From an uncultured Lachnospiraceae bacterium (GTDB lineage: Bacteria > Bacillota > Clostridia > Lachnospirales > Lachnospiraceae), in the NCBI GenBank assembly GCA_964638005.1, contig CAZWXS010000003.1:24405-88404 (forward strand): a stretch of 64,000 nt of DNA, given 5' to 3'. The position numbers and the translations under genes are program-made. This document shows positions 1 through 9,576 of the stretch, piece by piece (within the stretch, counting starts at the first letter, position 1; the number at the start of each line of letters is the position of its first letter). A model generated the notes under the pieces. The model ran no database searches, was not told the DNA's origin, and worked only from the letters and a program-made list of their open reading frames with translations.

Positions 1-342
1 GTGAAGACTTATACCGCACCTGTAGAAGCAAGCAGATGGGAACAGATGACTTCCGGATTTGTGGAAAGCCTGTACGGAGTCGGAGAAGGATTCTTGGATT
101 TCGTGGTCGGATTTATCATTGCACTTCCGTTCATAATCGTATGGGCTGTCATCATCACGTTGATTGTGCTGATTATTAAGACCATCATCAAAATAAGTAA
201 GAGGAACCATGCAAAAAAGCTGGAACAGAGGCAGAAAAGAATAGCGGAACAACAGCAGACGGTGCAGGTACAACAGCAGGCAGCACAGGTACAGCAGCCG
301 ACAGGCGGACAGGATGATGCTGCAGGCAATGAAAACAAATAG
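1..342 (+). CDS. Small membrane protein with a Gln-rich C-terminal tail; possibly truncated at the left window edge
   Basis: Open frame from base 1 to TAG at 340-342. Hydrophobic segment FIIALPFIIVWAVIITLIVLII is followed by a basic, QQQ-rich tail. No family recognised. Confidence 0.4.
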   Translation: MKTYTAPVEASRWEQMTSGFVESLYGVGEGFLDFVVGFIIALPFIIVWAVIITLIVLIIKTIIKISKRNHAKKLEQRQKRIAEQQQTVQVQQQAAQVQQPTGGQDDAAGNENK

Positions 343-372
343 AAAGCAAACAGAAGAAACAGAGGAAATGGA

Positions 373-1275
373 ATGAAGGAACAATATAAAGCAGGCTTCG
401 TGACCTTGATCGGCCGTCCGAACGTCGGAAAATCAACACTTATGAACCGTCTGATCGGGCAGAAGATCGCCATTACCTCCAATAAGCCTCAGACGACACG
501 CAACAGGATACAGACGGTCTATACGAGTGAGGAAGGGCAGATTGTTTTTGTTGACACACCCGGTATCCACAAGGCAAAGAACCGTCTCGGAGATTATATG
601 GTGTCCATGGCGACGCGTTCTGTCAACGATGTAGATGTGGTATGTTGGCTGGTGGAGCCGTCTACCTTTATAGGAGCGGGCGAGCGTATGATTGCAGAGA
701 AGCTGCAGAAGGTAAAGACACCGATCATCCTCGTCATCAATAAGACCGATACGGTAAAGCGGGATGAAATTCTGAGGTTTATCGATGCATATAAGGACAT
801 TTGTGATTTTGCGGAAATCATACCGGTGTCGGCGCTAAAAGGTGACAATACGGAGGAATTGCTCAAAGTGATCATGAAGTATCTTCCTTATGGTGTTCCG
901 TTTTATGATGAAGATACGATTACGGATCAGCCGGAGCGGCAGATCGTGGCAGAACTCATCAGGGAAAAGGCGCTCAAATGTCTGGACGAGGAAGTACCGC
1001 ACGGAATCGCAGTGTGTATTGAGAGTATGAAGTACCGCAAGCAGATTGTGGACATCGAAGCAACGATTATCTGTGAACGGGATTCTCATAAGGGCATTAT
1101 CATCGGTAAGGGTGGTGCGATGCTGAAAAAGATCGGATCGACGGCACGTTATGAAATAGAAGATTTACTGGAGAGCAAGGTCAATCTGCAGCTGTGGGTC
1201 AAGGTCAAAAAGGATTGGCGGGACAGTGATTTCCTACTCAAGAATTTCGGATATAACCAAAAAGATACAGAGTAA
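373..1275 (+). CDS. era: GTPase Era
   Basis: GRPNVGKSTL (G1), DTPG (G3), NKTD (G4) and a C-terminal KH-like region. 300 aa. Classic era / yqzL / recO neighbourhood. Confidence 0.95.
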   Translation: MKEQYKAGFVTLIGRPNVGKSTLMNRLIGQKIAITSNKPQTTRNRIQTVYTSEEGQIVFVDTPGIHKAKNRLGDYMVSMATRSVNDVDVVCWLVEPSTFIGAGERMIAEKLQKVKTPIILVINKTDTVKRDEILRFIDAYKDICDFAEIIPVSALKGDNTEELLKVIMKYLPYGVPFYDEDTITDQPERQIVAELIREKALKCLDEEVPHGIAVCIESMKYRKQIVDIEATIICERDSHKGIIIGKGGAMLKKIGSTARYEIEDLLESKVNLQLWVKVKKDWRDSDFLLKNFGYNQKDTE

Positions 1276-1377
1276 TTATTGAAAAAAAGTACACCCTATA
1301 TTGTGAGCAGACAAAAGTGTAACTGTGAAGGTGATGAACAGTTATGGATAAGCAGCAATAGGAGGAGTACAACAGGT

Positions 1378-1554
1378 ATGGACGAGAGTTGGATGAAATT
1401 TGAGAGTTCCGGAAGCGTAGCAGATTATTTGAACTATCGTAATCGCGTAGAAGAGGAAGCACTTCAGGCGAGAGGGTATAAAAAAGAGGAAGACGGTCGT
1501 GAGAGATTATATCCTGCTGACAGGCATGGTGCTGCAAGCCAGTCCTATCGGTGA
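1378..1554 (+). CDS. YqzL-like small protein (tentative)
   Basis: GGAGGA lies 8-10 nt upstream of ATG 1378. The N-terminus MDESWMKFESSGSVADYLNY resembles the W..F...G..D.YL pattern of B. subtilis YqzL, which also sits between era and recO. The 3' end overlaps recO by 56 nt, so the extent is uncertain. Confidence 0.45.
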   Translation: MDESWMKFESSGSVADYLNYRNRVEEEALQARGYKKEEDGRERLYPADRHGAASQSYR

Positions 1555-2155
1555 GTACGACAAGAGAATCGTATTATTGACCAGAGAGAGAGGAAAGATT
1601 ACTGCATTTGCCAAAGGCGCAAGGCGGCAGAACAGCCGTCTGATGGCAGGAACCAATCCTTTTTCTTTTGGTACTTTTAAGTTATATGAAGGCAAGTCCT
1701 ATACGATCATAGAGGCAGACATCAGTTATTATTTTGAGGAGCTTCGCACCGATTTTGAAGGAGCATATCTCGGTATGTATTTTATGGAATTTGCAGATTA
1801 CTATGCGAGAGAGAACAATGATGAGCGGGAACTTTTGAAACTGGTATTTCAGTCTTTGCGTGCAATCATGCTGCCGGCCATTCCGAATGAACTCATCAAG
1901 ACTGTCTTTGAGATTAAGGCACTGGTCGTAAACGGAGAGTTTCCGGGTATCCCGAAGGAACATCACATGAGCGAAAGCACCGTTTATACAATTGATTATA
2001 TTGTAAATGCACCGATTGAGAAGCTGTATACCTTTAAGGTGTCAGAAGAAGTGTTGTCTCAGATTACGGTACTTGCGACCACATATCGCCGAAGATACAT
2101 AGACAGGAATTTCAAGAGTTTGGATGTACTGGAAAATTGTATGTTGAAAAACTAG
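1499..2155 (+). CDS. recO: DNA repair protein RecO
   Basis: N-terminus LTGMVLQASPIGEYDKRIVLLTRERGKITAFAKGARR is typical RecO. GTG start at 1499; ATG 1526 is an alternative. Confidence 0.9.
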   Translation: MRDYILLTGMVLQASPIGEYDKRIVLLTRERGKITAFAKGARRQNSRLMAGTNPFSFGTFKLYEGKSYTIIEADISYYFEELRTDFEGAYLGMYFMEFADYYARENNDERELLKLVFQSLRAIMLPAIPNELIKTVFEIKALVVNGEFPGIPKEHHMSESTVYTIDYIVNAPIEKLYTFKVSEEVLSQITVLATTYRRRYIDRNFKSLDVLENCMLKN

Positions 2156-2210
2156 ACTAACTTCGTTATAATAACGAATGGGTGTCTATTAAAGGAGGCG
2201 ACAGGATATC

Positions 2211-2813
2211 ATGAACAGGAAAAAGATAAGTATCATGCTGATTACATGGATCACTTGCATGATATCATTGTGTGGATGTGCCGAGCAGAAAATAGATACG
2301 GATATGACTACCGTATTCGTGCATAAGGATGGCAGGATTACAGATGCCATCGTAGAGGATTTTGGACAAAGCTATTATAATGTCACGGAGTTGCAAACGA
2401 TGACGAATAAGGAGCTGACTGCCTACAATCAGACTACGGGAAGTGTGGAAAGTGCTGTGCTGTCCAGTTATGAAGTGACAGACGGTGTCGCCAAGGTGTT
2501 CATTGATTTTGCAACGGCGGCGGATTATGGAGCATTTAACGGTAAGGATTGTTTCTTCGGAACGGTTGCGGAGGCCTATGAAGCAGGTTATGCTTTGGAT
2601 GTGACATTGAAGAGCGTGTCCGGCGATGAGACATTGGATAAGAGTGCGCTTCTGGAAAAGGGCAAGTACAAGATCCTGATTATAGAAGAGCATGTAGACA
2701 TAGAGATGTACAAGAAGATCTTATATACCAGCGCCAATGTTGAACTCATAGAGGATAATCACGCCAGAGTCTCCGATGAGGCCGAGGGTTTTGCATATTT
2801 GATTGTTAAATAG
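2211..2813 (+). CDS. Hypothetical lipoprotein
   Basis: Signal peptide with lipobox (MISLCGC). GGAGG lies upstream. 200 aa. No family recognised. Confidence 0.75.
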   Translation: MNRKKISIMLITWITCMISLCGCAEQKIDTDMTTVFVHKDGRITDAIVEDFGQSYYNVTELQTMTNKELTAYNQTTGSVESAVLSSYEVTDGVAKVFIDFATAADYGAFNGKDCFFGTVAEAYEAGYALDVTLKSVSGDETLDKSALLEKGKYKILIIEEHVDIEMYKKILYTSANVELIEDNHARVSDEAEGFAYLIVK

Positions 2814-2885
2814 AATTGTACAGCAATTTTGCTGTCCGCATCAATCATCATACAAATAACAAATAGAAATGAAAGAGGAAGAACA

Positions 2886-4274
2886 ATGGAAAAGACAATG
2901 GAGAAAATCGTAGCACTGGCAAAGGCAAGGGGGTTCGTATATCCGGGTTCAGAGATATACGGCGGACTTGCAAATACATGGGATTTCGGTAATCTCGGCG
3001 TAGAACTCAAGAACAATGTAAAAAAGGCATGGTGGCAGAAGTTCGTTATGGAGAGTCCGTACAATGTCGGTGTTGATTGCGCGATACTGATGAATCCGCA
3101 GACATGGGTAGCATCAGGACATCTCGGCAGCTTTTCTGATCCTTTGATGGATTGTAAGGAATGCCATGAGAGATTCAGAGCAGACAAGATGATAGAAGAC
3201 TATGCGGCTGAAAAGGGAATTACACTGGAAAGCTCCGTAGATGGTTGGACACAGGAACAGATGATGGAATACATCCGTGAGAACAGCATTGCATGTCCGA
3301 CATGCGGCAAGCATAACTTTACGGACATCCGTCAGTTCAATCTGATGTTCAAGACATTTCAGGGGGTTACAGAGGATGCTAAAAATACAGTATATTTGAG
3401 ACCTGAGACAGCACAGGGCATTTTTGTTAATTTTAAAAATGTACAGCGTACTTCCAGAAAGAAGATTCCGTTTGGTATCTGTCAGGTGGGAAAATCCTTC
3501 CGTAACGAGATTACGCCGGGTAACTTTATCTTCCGCGTACGTGAGTTTGAGCAGATGGAGATGGAATTCTTCTGCGAGCCTGATACGGATCTTGAATGGT
3601 TTGCATATTGGAAGCAGTATTGCATTGACTTCCTCAAGTCTCTCGGTATGAAGGAAGAGGAGATGAGGGTCAGAGATCACGATGCAGAGGAATTGTCTTT
3701 CTACTCTAAGGCGACTTCCGATATCGAGTTCCTGTTCCCGTTTGGCTGGGGTGAGCTTTGGGGCATTGCAGACAGAACGGATTATGATCTGACGCAGCAC
3801 CAGAATGTGTCGGGCGAGGATCTGTCCTACTTTGATGATGAGAAACGTGAAAAGTATATTCCTTATGTCATTGAACCTTCATTGGGCGTAGAGAGAATGT
3901 TCTTGGCATTCCTGTGCGGTGCATATGATGAAGAGGAAATCGGCGAGGGAGATGTCAGAACCGTATTACATTTCCATCCGGCACTTGCTCCGATTAAAAT
4001 CGGTGTACTGCCATTGTCTAAAAAACTGAATGAGGGTGCGGAGAAAATCTTTGCAGACCTTTCAAAGAAGTATAATTGTGAATTTGATGATCGTGGAAAC
4101 ATCGGCAAGCGCTACAGAAGACAGGACGAGATCGGTACACCGTTCTGCGTCACATATGATTTTGAATCCGAGACAGATGGCATGGTGACAGTCAGAGAAC
4201 GTGATTCTATGGCACAGGAGAGAATTAAGATAGATGAATTAAATCTTTATTTTGAGGACAAATTCACATTTTAG
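2886..4274 (+). CDS. glyQS: Glycine--tRNA ligase (single-chain GlyQS type)
   Basis: [31 protein letters not shown]... is the canonical GlyQS N-terminus. I moved the start from the track's 2829 to ATG 2886, which follows GAAAGAGGAAG. Confidence 0.95.
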   Translation: MEKTMEKIVALAKARGFVYPGSEIYGGLANTWDFGNLGVELKNNVKKAWWQKFVMESPYNVGVDCAILMNPQTWVASGHLGSFSDPLMDCKECHERFRADKMIEDYAAEKGITLESSVDGWTQEQMMEYIRENSIACPTCGKHNFTDIRQFNLMFKTFQGVTEDAKNTVYLRPETAQGIFVNFKNVQRTSRKKIPFGICQVGKSFRNEITPGNFIFRVREFEQMEMEFFCEPDTDLEWFAYWKQYCIDFLKSLGMKEEEMRVRDHDAEELSFYSKATSDIEFLFPFGWGELWGIADRTDYDLTQHQNVSGEDLSYFDDEKREKYIPYVIEPSLGVERMFLAFLCGAYDEEEIGEGDVRTVLHFHPALAPIKIGVLPLSKKLNEGAEKIFADLSKKYNCEFDDRGNIGKRYRRQDEIGTPFCVTYDFESETDGMVTVRERDSMAQERIKIDELNLYFEDKFTF

Positions 4275-4332
4275 CATGAACAGGGGTGAATATCCTTTTA
4301 TAACCGAATGAATATATTATACAAAAAAATGC

Positions 4333-4361
4333 TAGACATGCCAAAATCTTTATGATATAAT
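4333..4361 (+). promoter_or_regulatory. Sigma-A-type promoter (TAGACA, 17 nt spacer, TATAAT with TGn extension)
   Basis: TAGACA at 4333-4338. TGATATAAT has its -10 at 4356-4361. It lies about 250 nt upstream of ppdK. Confidence 0.5.
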
Positions 4362-4496
4362 TTCTGTGCGTAGAGGGAAGACATTGAAACACAAATGTCG
4401 GTGTCTCAAAAACAAACAAAAAGGAAATTGTATGATTAGATTGAATATTCGATTGCGAGCAAAGGAGCGAACAAAGAATATAAATATTGCACAAAA

Positions 4497-4533
4497 GGCC
4501 AAATTACCCAAGGGGGGAAATTTGGCTTTTTTA
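4497..4533 (+). terminator. Rho-independent terminator or attenuator inside the ppdK leader
   Basis: GGCCAAATT (4497-4505) pairs with AATTTGGC(C/T) (4519-4526) around a G-rich loop, followed by TTTTTTAT. Confidence 0.6.
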
Positions 4534-4608
4534 TATTTTATGCAGATGCTCTGACTTTCAGAGGACTGCATATGCTGTAAAAACCTATGAATACCAAAAG
4601 GGAGGAAA

Positions 4609-7236
4609 ATGAACATGACAAAATGGGTGTATCTATTTAAGGAAGGAAGCGCGCAGATGCGTAATCTGCTCGGCGGTAAGGGCTGTAATCTGGCTGAGAT
4701 GACCAATCTCGGTTTACCGATTCCGCAGGGCTTTACCGTTACAACAGAGGCTTGTACGGATTATTATAACAGCGGAAAGACCATCAATGATGAAATCAAA
4801 GGACAGATCTTTGAAGCATTGGCAAAGCTTGAGGAGCAGCAGGGCAAGAAATTCGGAGATACTGAGAATCCGTTGCTGGTATCGGTTCGTTCAGGTGCAC
4901 GTGCATCTATGCCGGGTATGATGGATACAATATTGAACCTTGGACTGAATGATATTGCGGTTGAGGGATTTGCGAAGAAGACAGGCAATCCGAGATTTGC
5001 ATATGATTCTTACAGAAGATTTATCCAGATGTTCTCTGATGTCGTTATGGAGATGAGCAAGACTTTCTTTGAAGGAATCTTGGATGAAATCAAGGAATCC
5101 AAAGGAGCAAAGTTTGATACAGATTTGACGGCAGAGGACTTGAAAGAGGTTATCGCAAAGTATAAGGCAATCTATAAAGAGAAGATGGGAGAGGAGTTCC
5201 CGCAGGATCCGAAGATACAGTTGATGGAGGCTGTGAAAGCAGTGTTCCGTTCATGGGACAATCCGAGAGCCATCGTATACAGAAGAATGAACGATATTCC
5301 GGGCGACTGGGGTACAGCAGTCAGCGTACAGGCAATGGTATTTGGTAATACAGGAAACAAATCCGGTACAGGTGTTGCATTTACCAGAAACCCGTCTACA
5401 GGCGCCAAGGGTATCTTCGGCGAGTACTTGATCAATGCACAGGGCGAGGATGTTGTTGCGGGTATCAGAACTCCTCAGCCGATCACGAAGCTGGAAGAGG
5501 ATATGCCGGTTGTTTATAAGCAGTTCATGGAAATTGCGAATAAGTTGGAAAATCACTATCGCGATATGCAGGATATGGAGTTTACAATCGAAGATGAGAA
5601 GTTATTCTTCTTACAGACACGTAACGGCAAGAGAACCGCTCCTGCAGCTCTGCAGATTGCTTGTGATCTGGTAGATGAGGGTAAGATTACGCCGGAAGAG
5701 GCAGTTATGAGAATCGAAGCAAAATCTCTTGACCAGTTGTTACATCCGACTTTTGTACCACAGGCATTAAAGGACGGCAAACTGCTTGGACAGGCACTGC
5801 CTGCATCACCGGGAGCTGCTGCAGGACGCGTATACTTCACTGCAGATGAAGCAAAGGCTCATCATGAAGCGGGAGAGAGAGTTGTACTTGTAAGACTGGA
5901 GACTTCACCGGAAGATATCGAGGGAATGCATGCAGCAGAGGGTATCCTGACAGTCCGTGGCGGTATGACATCTCATGCAGCTGTTGTAGCACGTGGTATG
6001 GGAACAGCTTGCGTATCGGGATGTGGTGAAATCCAGATTGACGAGGCAGCAAAAGTATTTAAGCTCGGCGGTGAGACTATCGTTGAGGGTGACTATATTT
6101 CATTAGATGGCTCTACAGGTAAGATCTATCTGGGAGACATTCAGACAGAGGAAGCTAAGATCGGCGGCAACTTCGGACGTATCATGGGCTGGGCTGACCA
6201 GTACAGAAAGCTGCAGGTCAGAACCAATGCAGATACACCGGCAGATGCAAGAAACGCAGTGAAGCTCGGCGCAGAAGGAATCGGACTTTGCCGTACAGAG
6301 CATATGTTCTTTGAGCCGGAGAGAATTCCGAAGATCCGTCAGATGATTTTATCAACGACTGTAGAAGAGCGTACGGAAGCATTGATCGGATTGACACCAT
6401 ACCAGAAAGAGGACTTCAAGGGAATCTATGAGGCTATGGAGGGAAGATCGGTTACCATCCGTTTCTTAGATCCGCCTCTTCATGAGTTTGTTCCGACCGA
6501 TGAGAAGGATATTGAGGAATTGGCAAAACGCATGAACTTAACGGTTCAGCAGGTAAAGGAAACTTGTGATGCATTACATGAGTTCAATCCGATGATGGGA
6601 CACCGTGGATGTCGTCTTGCGGTTACTTATCCTGAAATCGCCAAGATGCAGACCCGTGCGGTCATGGAAGCTGCTATCGAAGTGAAGAATGAAAAGGGTT
6701 ATGATATTGAACCTGAAATTATGATACCGCTTGTTGGAGATAAGAAGGAACTGAAGTTTGTCAAGGATGCAGTCGTTGAGGTTGCTGAACTGGTGAAGAA
6801 GGAAAAGAATTCGGATATCGTATATCATGTAGGAACGATGATTGAGATTCCGAGAGCTGCATTACTTGCAAATGAAATTGCGGAAGAGGCAGAGTTCTTC
6901 TCATTCGGAACCAATGACTTGACACAGATGACGTTTGGATTTTCTCGTGATGATGCAGGTAAGTTCCTGGATGCATATTATAAATCAAAGATCTACGAAT
7001 CAGATCCGTTTGCAAAGCTTGACCAGAATGGTGTCGGACAACTCGTAGAGATGGCAGCCAAGAAGGGACGTGCTACAAGACCTGACCTTCATCTTGGAAT
7101 CTGCGGAGAGCACGGCGGGGATCCTGCTTCCATAGAGTTCTGTCATAAGGTAGGACTGGATTATGTATCTTGTTCACCGTTCAGAGTACCGATTGCAAGA
7201 CTTGCAGCAGCACAGGCAGCGTTGGCTGAGAAGTAA
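4609..7236 (+). CDS. ppdK: Pyruvate, phosphate dikinase
   Basis: 875 aa. Phosphohistidine motif GGMTSHAAVVARGMG and PEP/pyruvate domain CGEHGGDP. GGGAGG RBS. Confidence 0.97.
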   Translation: MNMTKWVYLFKEGSAQMRNLLGGKGCNLAEMTNLGLPIPQGFTVTTEACTDYYNSGKTINDEIKGQIFEALAKLEEQQGKKFGDTENPLLVSVRSGARASMPGMMDTILNLGLNDIAVEGFAKKTGNPRFAYDSYRRFIQMFSDVVMEMSKTFFEGILDEIKESKGAKFDTDLTAEDLKEVIAKYKAIYKEKMGEEFPQDPKIQLMEAVKAVFRSWDNPRAIVYRRMNDIPGDWGTAVSVQAMVFGNTGNKSGTGVAFTRNPSTGAKGIFGEYLINAQGEDVVAGIRTPQPITKLEEDMPVVYKQFMEIANKLENHYRDMQDMEFTIEDEKLFFLQTRNGKRTAPAALQIACDLVDEGKITPEEAVMRIEAKSLDQLLHPTFVPQALKDGKLLGQALPASPGAAAGRVYFTADEAKAHHEAGERVVLVRLETSPEDIEGMHAAEGILTVRGGMTSHAAVVARGMGTACVSGCGEIQIDEAAKVFKLGGETIVEGDYISLDGSTGKIYLGDIQTEEAKIGGNFGRIMGWADQYRKLQVRTNADTPADARNAVKLGAEGIGLCRTEHMFFEPERIPKIRQMILSTTVEERTEALIGLTPYQKEDFKGIYEAMEGRSVTIRFLDPPLHEFVPTDEKDIEELAKRMNLTVQQVKETCDALHEFNPMMGHRGCRLAVTYPEIAKMQTRAVMEAAIEVKNEKGYDIEPEIMIPLVGDKKELKFVKDAVVEVAELVKKEKNSDIVYHVGTMIEIPRAALLANEIAEEAEFFSFGTNDLTQMTFGFSRDDAGKFLDAYYKSKIYESDPFAKLDQNGVGQLVEMAAKKGRATRPDLHLGICGEHGGDPASIEFCHKVGLDYVSCSPFRVPIARLAAAQAALAEK

Positions 7237-7270
7237 GATTAGAAAGCTGCACTTCGGATGAAATCAAAAA

Positions 7271-7300
7271 AGCGTATCACCGAAATGGTGGTACGCTTTT
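7271..7300. terminator. Bidirectional intrinsic terminator
   Basis: 11-bp stem AGCGTATCACC / GGTGGTACGCT with loop GAAAT. T-run downstream and A-run upstream. It serves ppdK (+) and the small minus-strand gene. Confidence 0.8.
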
Positions 7301-7363
7301 GCACTATTCATAGGGCACATTGCCAATGCGTAAACTGTAATAAAATCAAAAAATGACAGTATT

Positions 7364-7528
7364 TCATTTTTGCTCCATCAGATGTTCAGCAAATGCAATC
7401 AATTCTTTGCGCTGCTGTTCGTCCAACTGCATAATTTCTTTCGCAAACTGTCCGACTGAGACGTTTTCAATAAATGTTTCATCCGGCTGTATGTGTTCAG
7501 AACTCTTATTTTTTTCTTTATTTTTCAT
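7364..7528 (-). CDS. Small hypothetical protein (54 aa)
   Basis: GGAGG lies 6 nt upstream of the ATG (reverse strand). Sequence is MKNKEKNKSSEHIQPDETFIENVSVGQFAKEIMQLDEQQRKELIAFAEHLMEQK. It ends near the bidirectional terminator. No family recognised. Confidence 0.5.
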   Translation of the reverse strand: MKNKEKNKSSEHIQPDETFIENVSVGQFAKEIMQLDEQQRKELIAFAEHLMEQK

Positions 7529-7730
7529 ACAGCCTCCATTCTGCGTCAGCAGGGTACAAGAAATATCTGTATTTATCATAACAGATACAAATACTGTTTG
7601 TAAATGGAAATATCATGTAAATAAATCTAAACACCTTTTTTGCGTAAAATGGGTATGATTTTAGAAGATACTGTGTTAAAATGTTCGAGGTGAATAAGGA
7701 AAATAATGAGAATGTCATATGGAGGAAACA

Positions 7731-9158
7731 ATGAAGAAGACAAAGATCGTATGTACAATGGGACCGGCGAGCAATCAAGAGGATGTGCTCAGGCAGATGA
7801 TAGAGAAAGGGATGAATGTAGCGCGGCTGAACTTTTCGCACGGAACACATGAGTATCATAAGGAAAATATAGATCTGATTAAGAAAATCAGAGAAGAGAT
7901 GGGGATTCCGTTAGCCATCATGCTGGATACTAAGGGACCGGAAATCAGAACTGGAGACTTTGTCGAGGGAAAAGTGGAGCTGAAAGAAGGAGCAACATTT
8001 ACACTGACGACAAGAGATGTTGCGGGAACTGAGGAAATCGTGTCCATCACGTATCCGGAATTGCCGCACGATCTGCAGTCCGGTAATACTGTGCTGATAG
8101 ATGACGGCAGTATTGAACTGTGTGTTAAAGAGTGTACGGATACGGATATTATCTGTGAGGTCATTAACGGTGGATTTGTCAGCAATCACAAGGGCATCAA
8201 CGTGCCGTGTGTACATCTGAATATGCCGTATATGAGTGAAGCGGACAAGGCAGATGTCAGATTCGGTGTGGAGCAGGATGTGGATTTCATTGCAGCATCA
8301 TTTGTACGCTGTGAGGATGACATTGTAGAACTCCGAAAATTTGTGGACTATTACGGCGGACAGAATATCAAGTTGATTTCTAAGATAGAAAATGTAGAGG
8401 GTATCGAGAATTTCGATTCTATCCTGAGCCATTCGGACGGTATTATGGTAGCGAGAGGCGATATGGGCGTTGAAGTGGAATACGAGCGACTGCCCGGGCT
8501 GCAGAAGCGTTTTATCGACAGATGCTATAAGGCGGGTAAGATGGTTATAACGGCAACACAGATGTTAGAGTCCATGATCGAGCATCCGCATCCGACAAGA
8601 GCAGAGATTACGGACGTGGCAAATGCTGTCTTTGATGGGACGAGTGCTGTTATGCTTTCGGGTGAGACAGCTATGGGTAAGTATCCGGTACTGACGGTTG
8701 AGGTTATGGCAAAGATCGCCCGTCAGGCAGAACGGGATTATTTTGAGATTAAGAAGCGAAGCTCCATCCGTTATGAGATGGATCAGAACGATATCACCAA
8801 TGCAGTCTGTGATGCGGCCTGCACAACAGCGAAGGACATCGGTGCCAAGGCAATCATTGCGGTGACCAAGTATGGACAGACAGCAAGGCGTATGTCGAAA
8901 TTCAGACCGCAGGAGCCCATCGTGGCAGCAACACCGGAAACAAAAACCTTTCATCAATTGGCTTTGTCATGGGGTGTATATCCGGTACTTGCACGTTATC
9001 AGAAGACGCAGGAGGAACTGTTCGATCATGCGATTGCCTGTGCAAAGCGGATCGATGTGGTCGAAACGGGAGACACGGTTGTCATTGCTGCCGGCATTCC
9101 TTTAGACACACCGGGCGGAACTAATCTGATCCGGGTTGAGACAGTCAGTTATGTATAG
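7731..9158 (+). CDS. pyk: Pyruvate kinase
   Basis: MKKTKIVCTMGPAS, NFSHG and MVARGDMGVEV. Start set at ATG 7731, after GGAGGA at 7721-7726. Confidence 0.96.
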   Translation: MKKTKIVCTMGPASNQEDVLRQMIEKGMNVARLNFSHGTHEYHKENIDLIKKIREEMGIPLAIMLDTKGPEIRTGDFVEGKVELKEGATFTLTTRDVAGTEEIVSITYPELPHDLQSGNTVLIDDGSIELCVKECTDTDIICEVINGGFVSNHKGINVPCVHLNMPYMSEADKADVRFGVEQDVDFIAASFVRCEDDIVELRKFVDYYGGQNIKLISKIENVEGIENFDSILSHSDGIMVARGDMGVEVEYERLPGLQKRFIDRCYKAGKMVITATQMLESMIEHPHPTRAEITDVANAVFDGTSAVMLSGETAMGKYPVLTVEVMAKIARQAERDYFEIKKRSSIRYEMDQNDITNAVCDAACTTAKDIGAKAIIAVTKYGQTARRMSKFRPQEPIVAATPETKTFHQLALSWGVYPVLARYQKTQEELFDHAIACAKRIDVVETGDTVVIAAGIPLDTPGGTNLIRVETVSYV

Positions 9159-9215
9159 AGAATTGGCACAATAGGGTGTATCAGACATAGAAGCAGCAAG
9201 ATGCTGCGGAAACGA

Positions 9216-9254
9216 AAAAGGATGTCGGCGTGAAAATGCCGGCATCCCTTTTTC
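9216..9254 (+). terminator. Intrinsic terminator after pyk
   Basis: Stem GGATGTCGGC / GCCGGCATCC with loop GTGAAAAT, then a TTTTT run. Confidence 0.8.
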
Positions 9255-9487
9255 GTGGAACTAAAGGAGAAAAATCTATATGAAGGGAAATTGTTGTTTG
9301 TCGAAGCTAATCGGTCAAACACGCCCTCTGATAAGTATGCGCATTGTGTGTGAACATGTTCACCGTTAACTTCATTTGATAGTTATCAGTATAAGATGAA
9401 ATTGTGACAAAACCGTGTACGGTTTCTAAAACAAACGTAAACTTCAAATTAAGAAATCGGGTAGTAAAAATAAAAATCAAAAATATG

Positions 9488-9550
9488 TTGACAGACGACA
9501 TATGTCGTGGTACGATATGTCGAGTAAGAGATATATCGAGTGACGACAGT
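9488..9550 (+). promoter_or_regulatory. Promoter with embedded palindromic operator(s) for the CPBP-PadR-DUF2812 operon
   Basis: TTGACA at 9488-9493, 17 nt spacer, TACGAT at 9511-9516. The spacer contains the perfect 14-bp palindrome ACGACATATGTCGT (9495-9508). Related half-sites ATGTCGA and ATATCGA follow at 9517-9540. Confidence 0.6.
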
Positions 9551-9576
9551 GGTTAACAGATAAAGGAGAGAGCAAG

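Noticed and set aside
2814-2885. Looked for T-box leaders upstream of glyQS, alaS (13771-13841) and gltX (no gap)
   Set aside because: The leaders are 70 nt or shorter, or absent. That is far too short for a T-box, and I found no specifier or T-box sequence.
4367-4533. Considered whether the ppdK-upstream transcript is 6S RNA, SRP RNA or another housekeeping RNA
   Set aside because: The 5' and 3' ends do not pair into the long 6S-type rod, and no SRP domain IV-like motif is present. It is kept only as an unclassified leader/sRNA candidate.
9307-9501. 64-aa minus-strand ORF in the pyk-CPBP intergenic region
   Set aside because: It starts inside the plus-strand promoter/operator. It is Phe/Ile/Thr-rich and typical of a random AT-rich frame, with no RBS.
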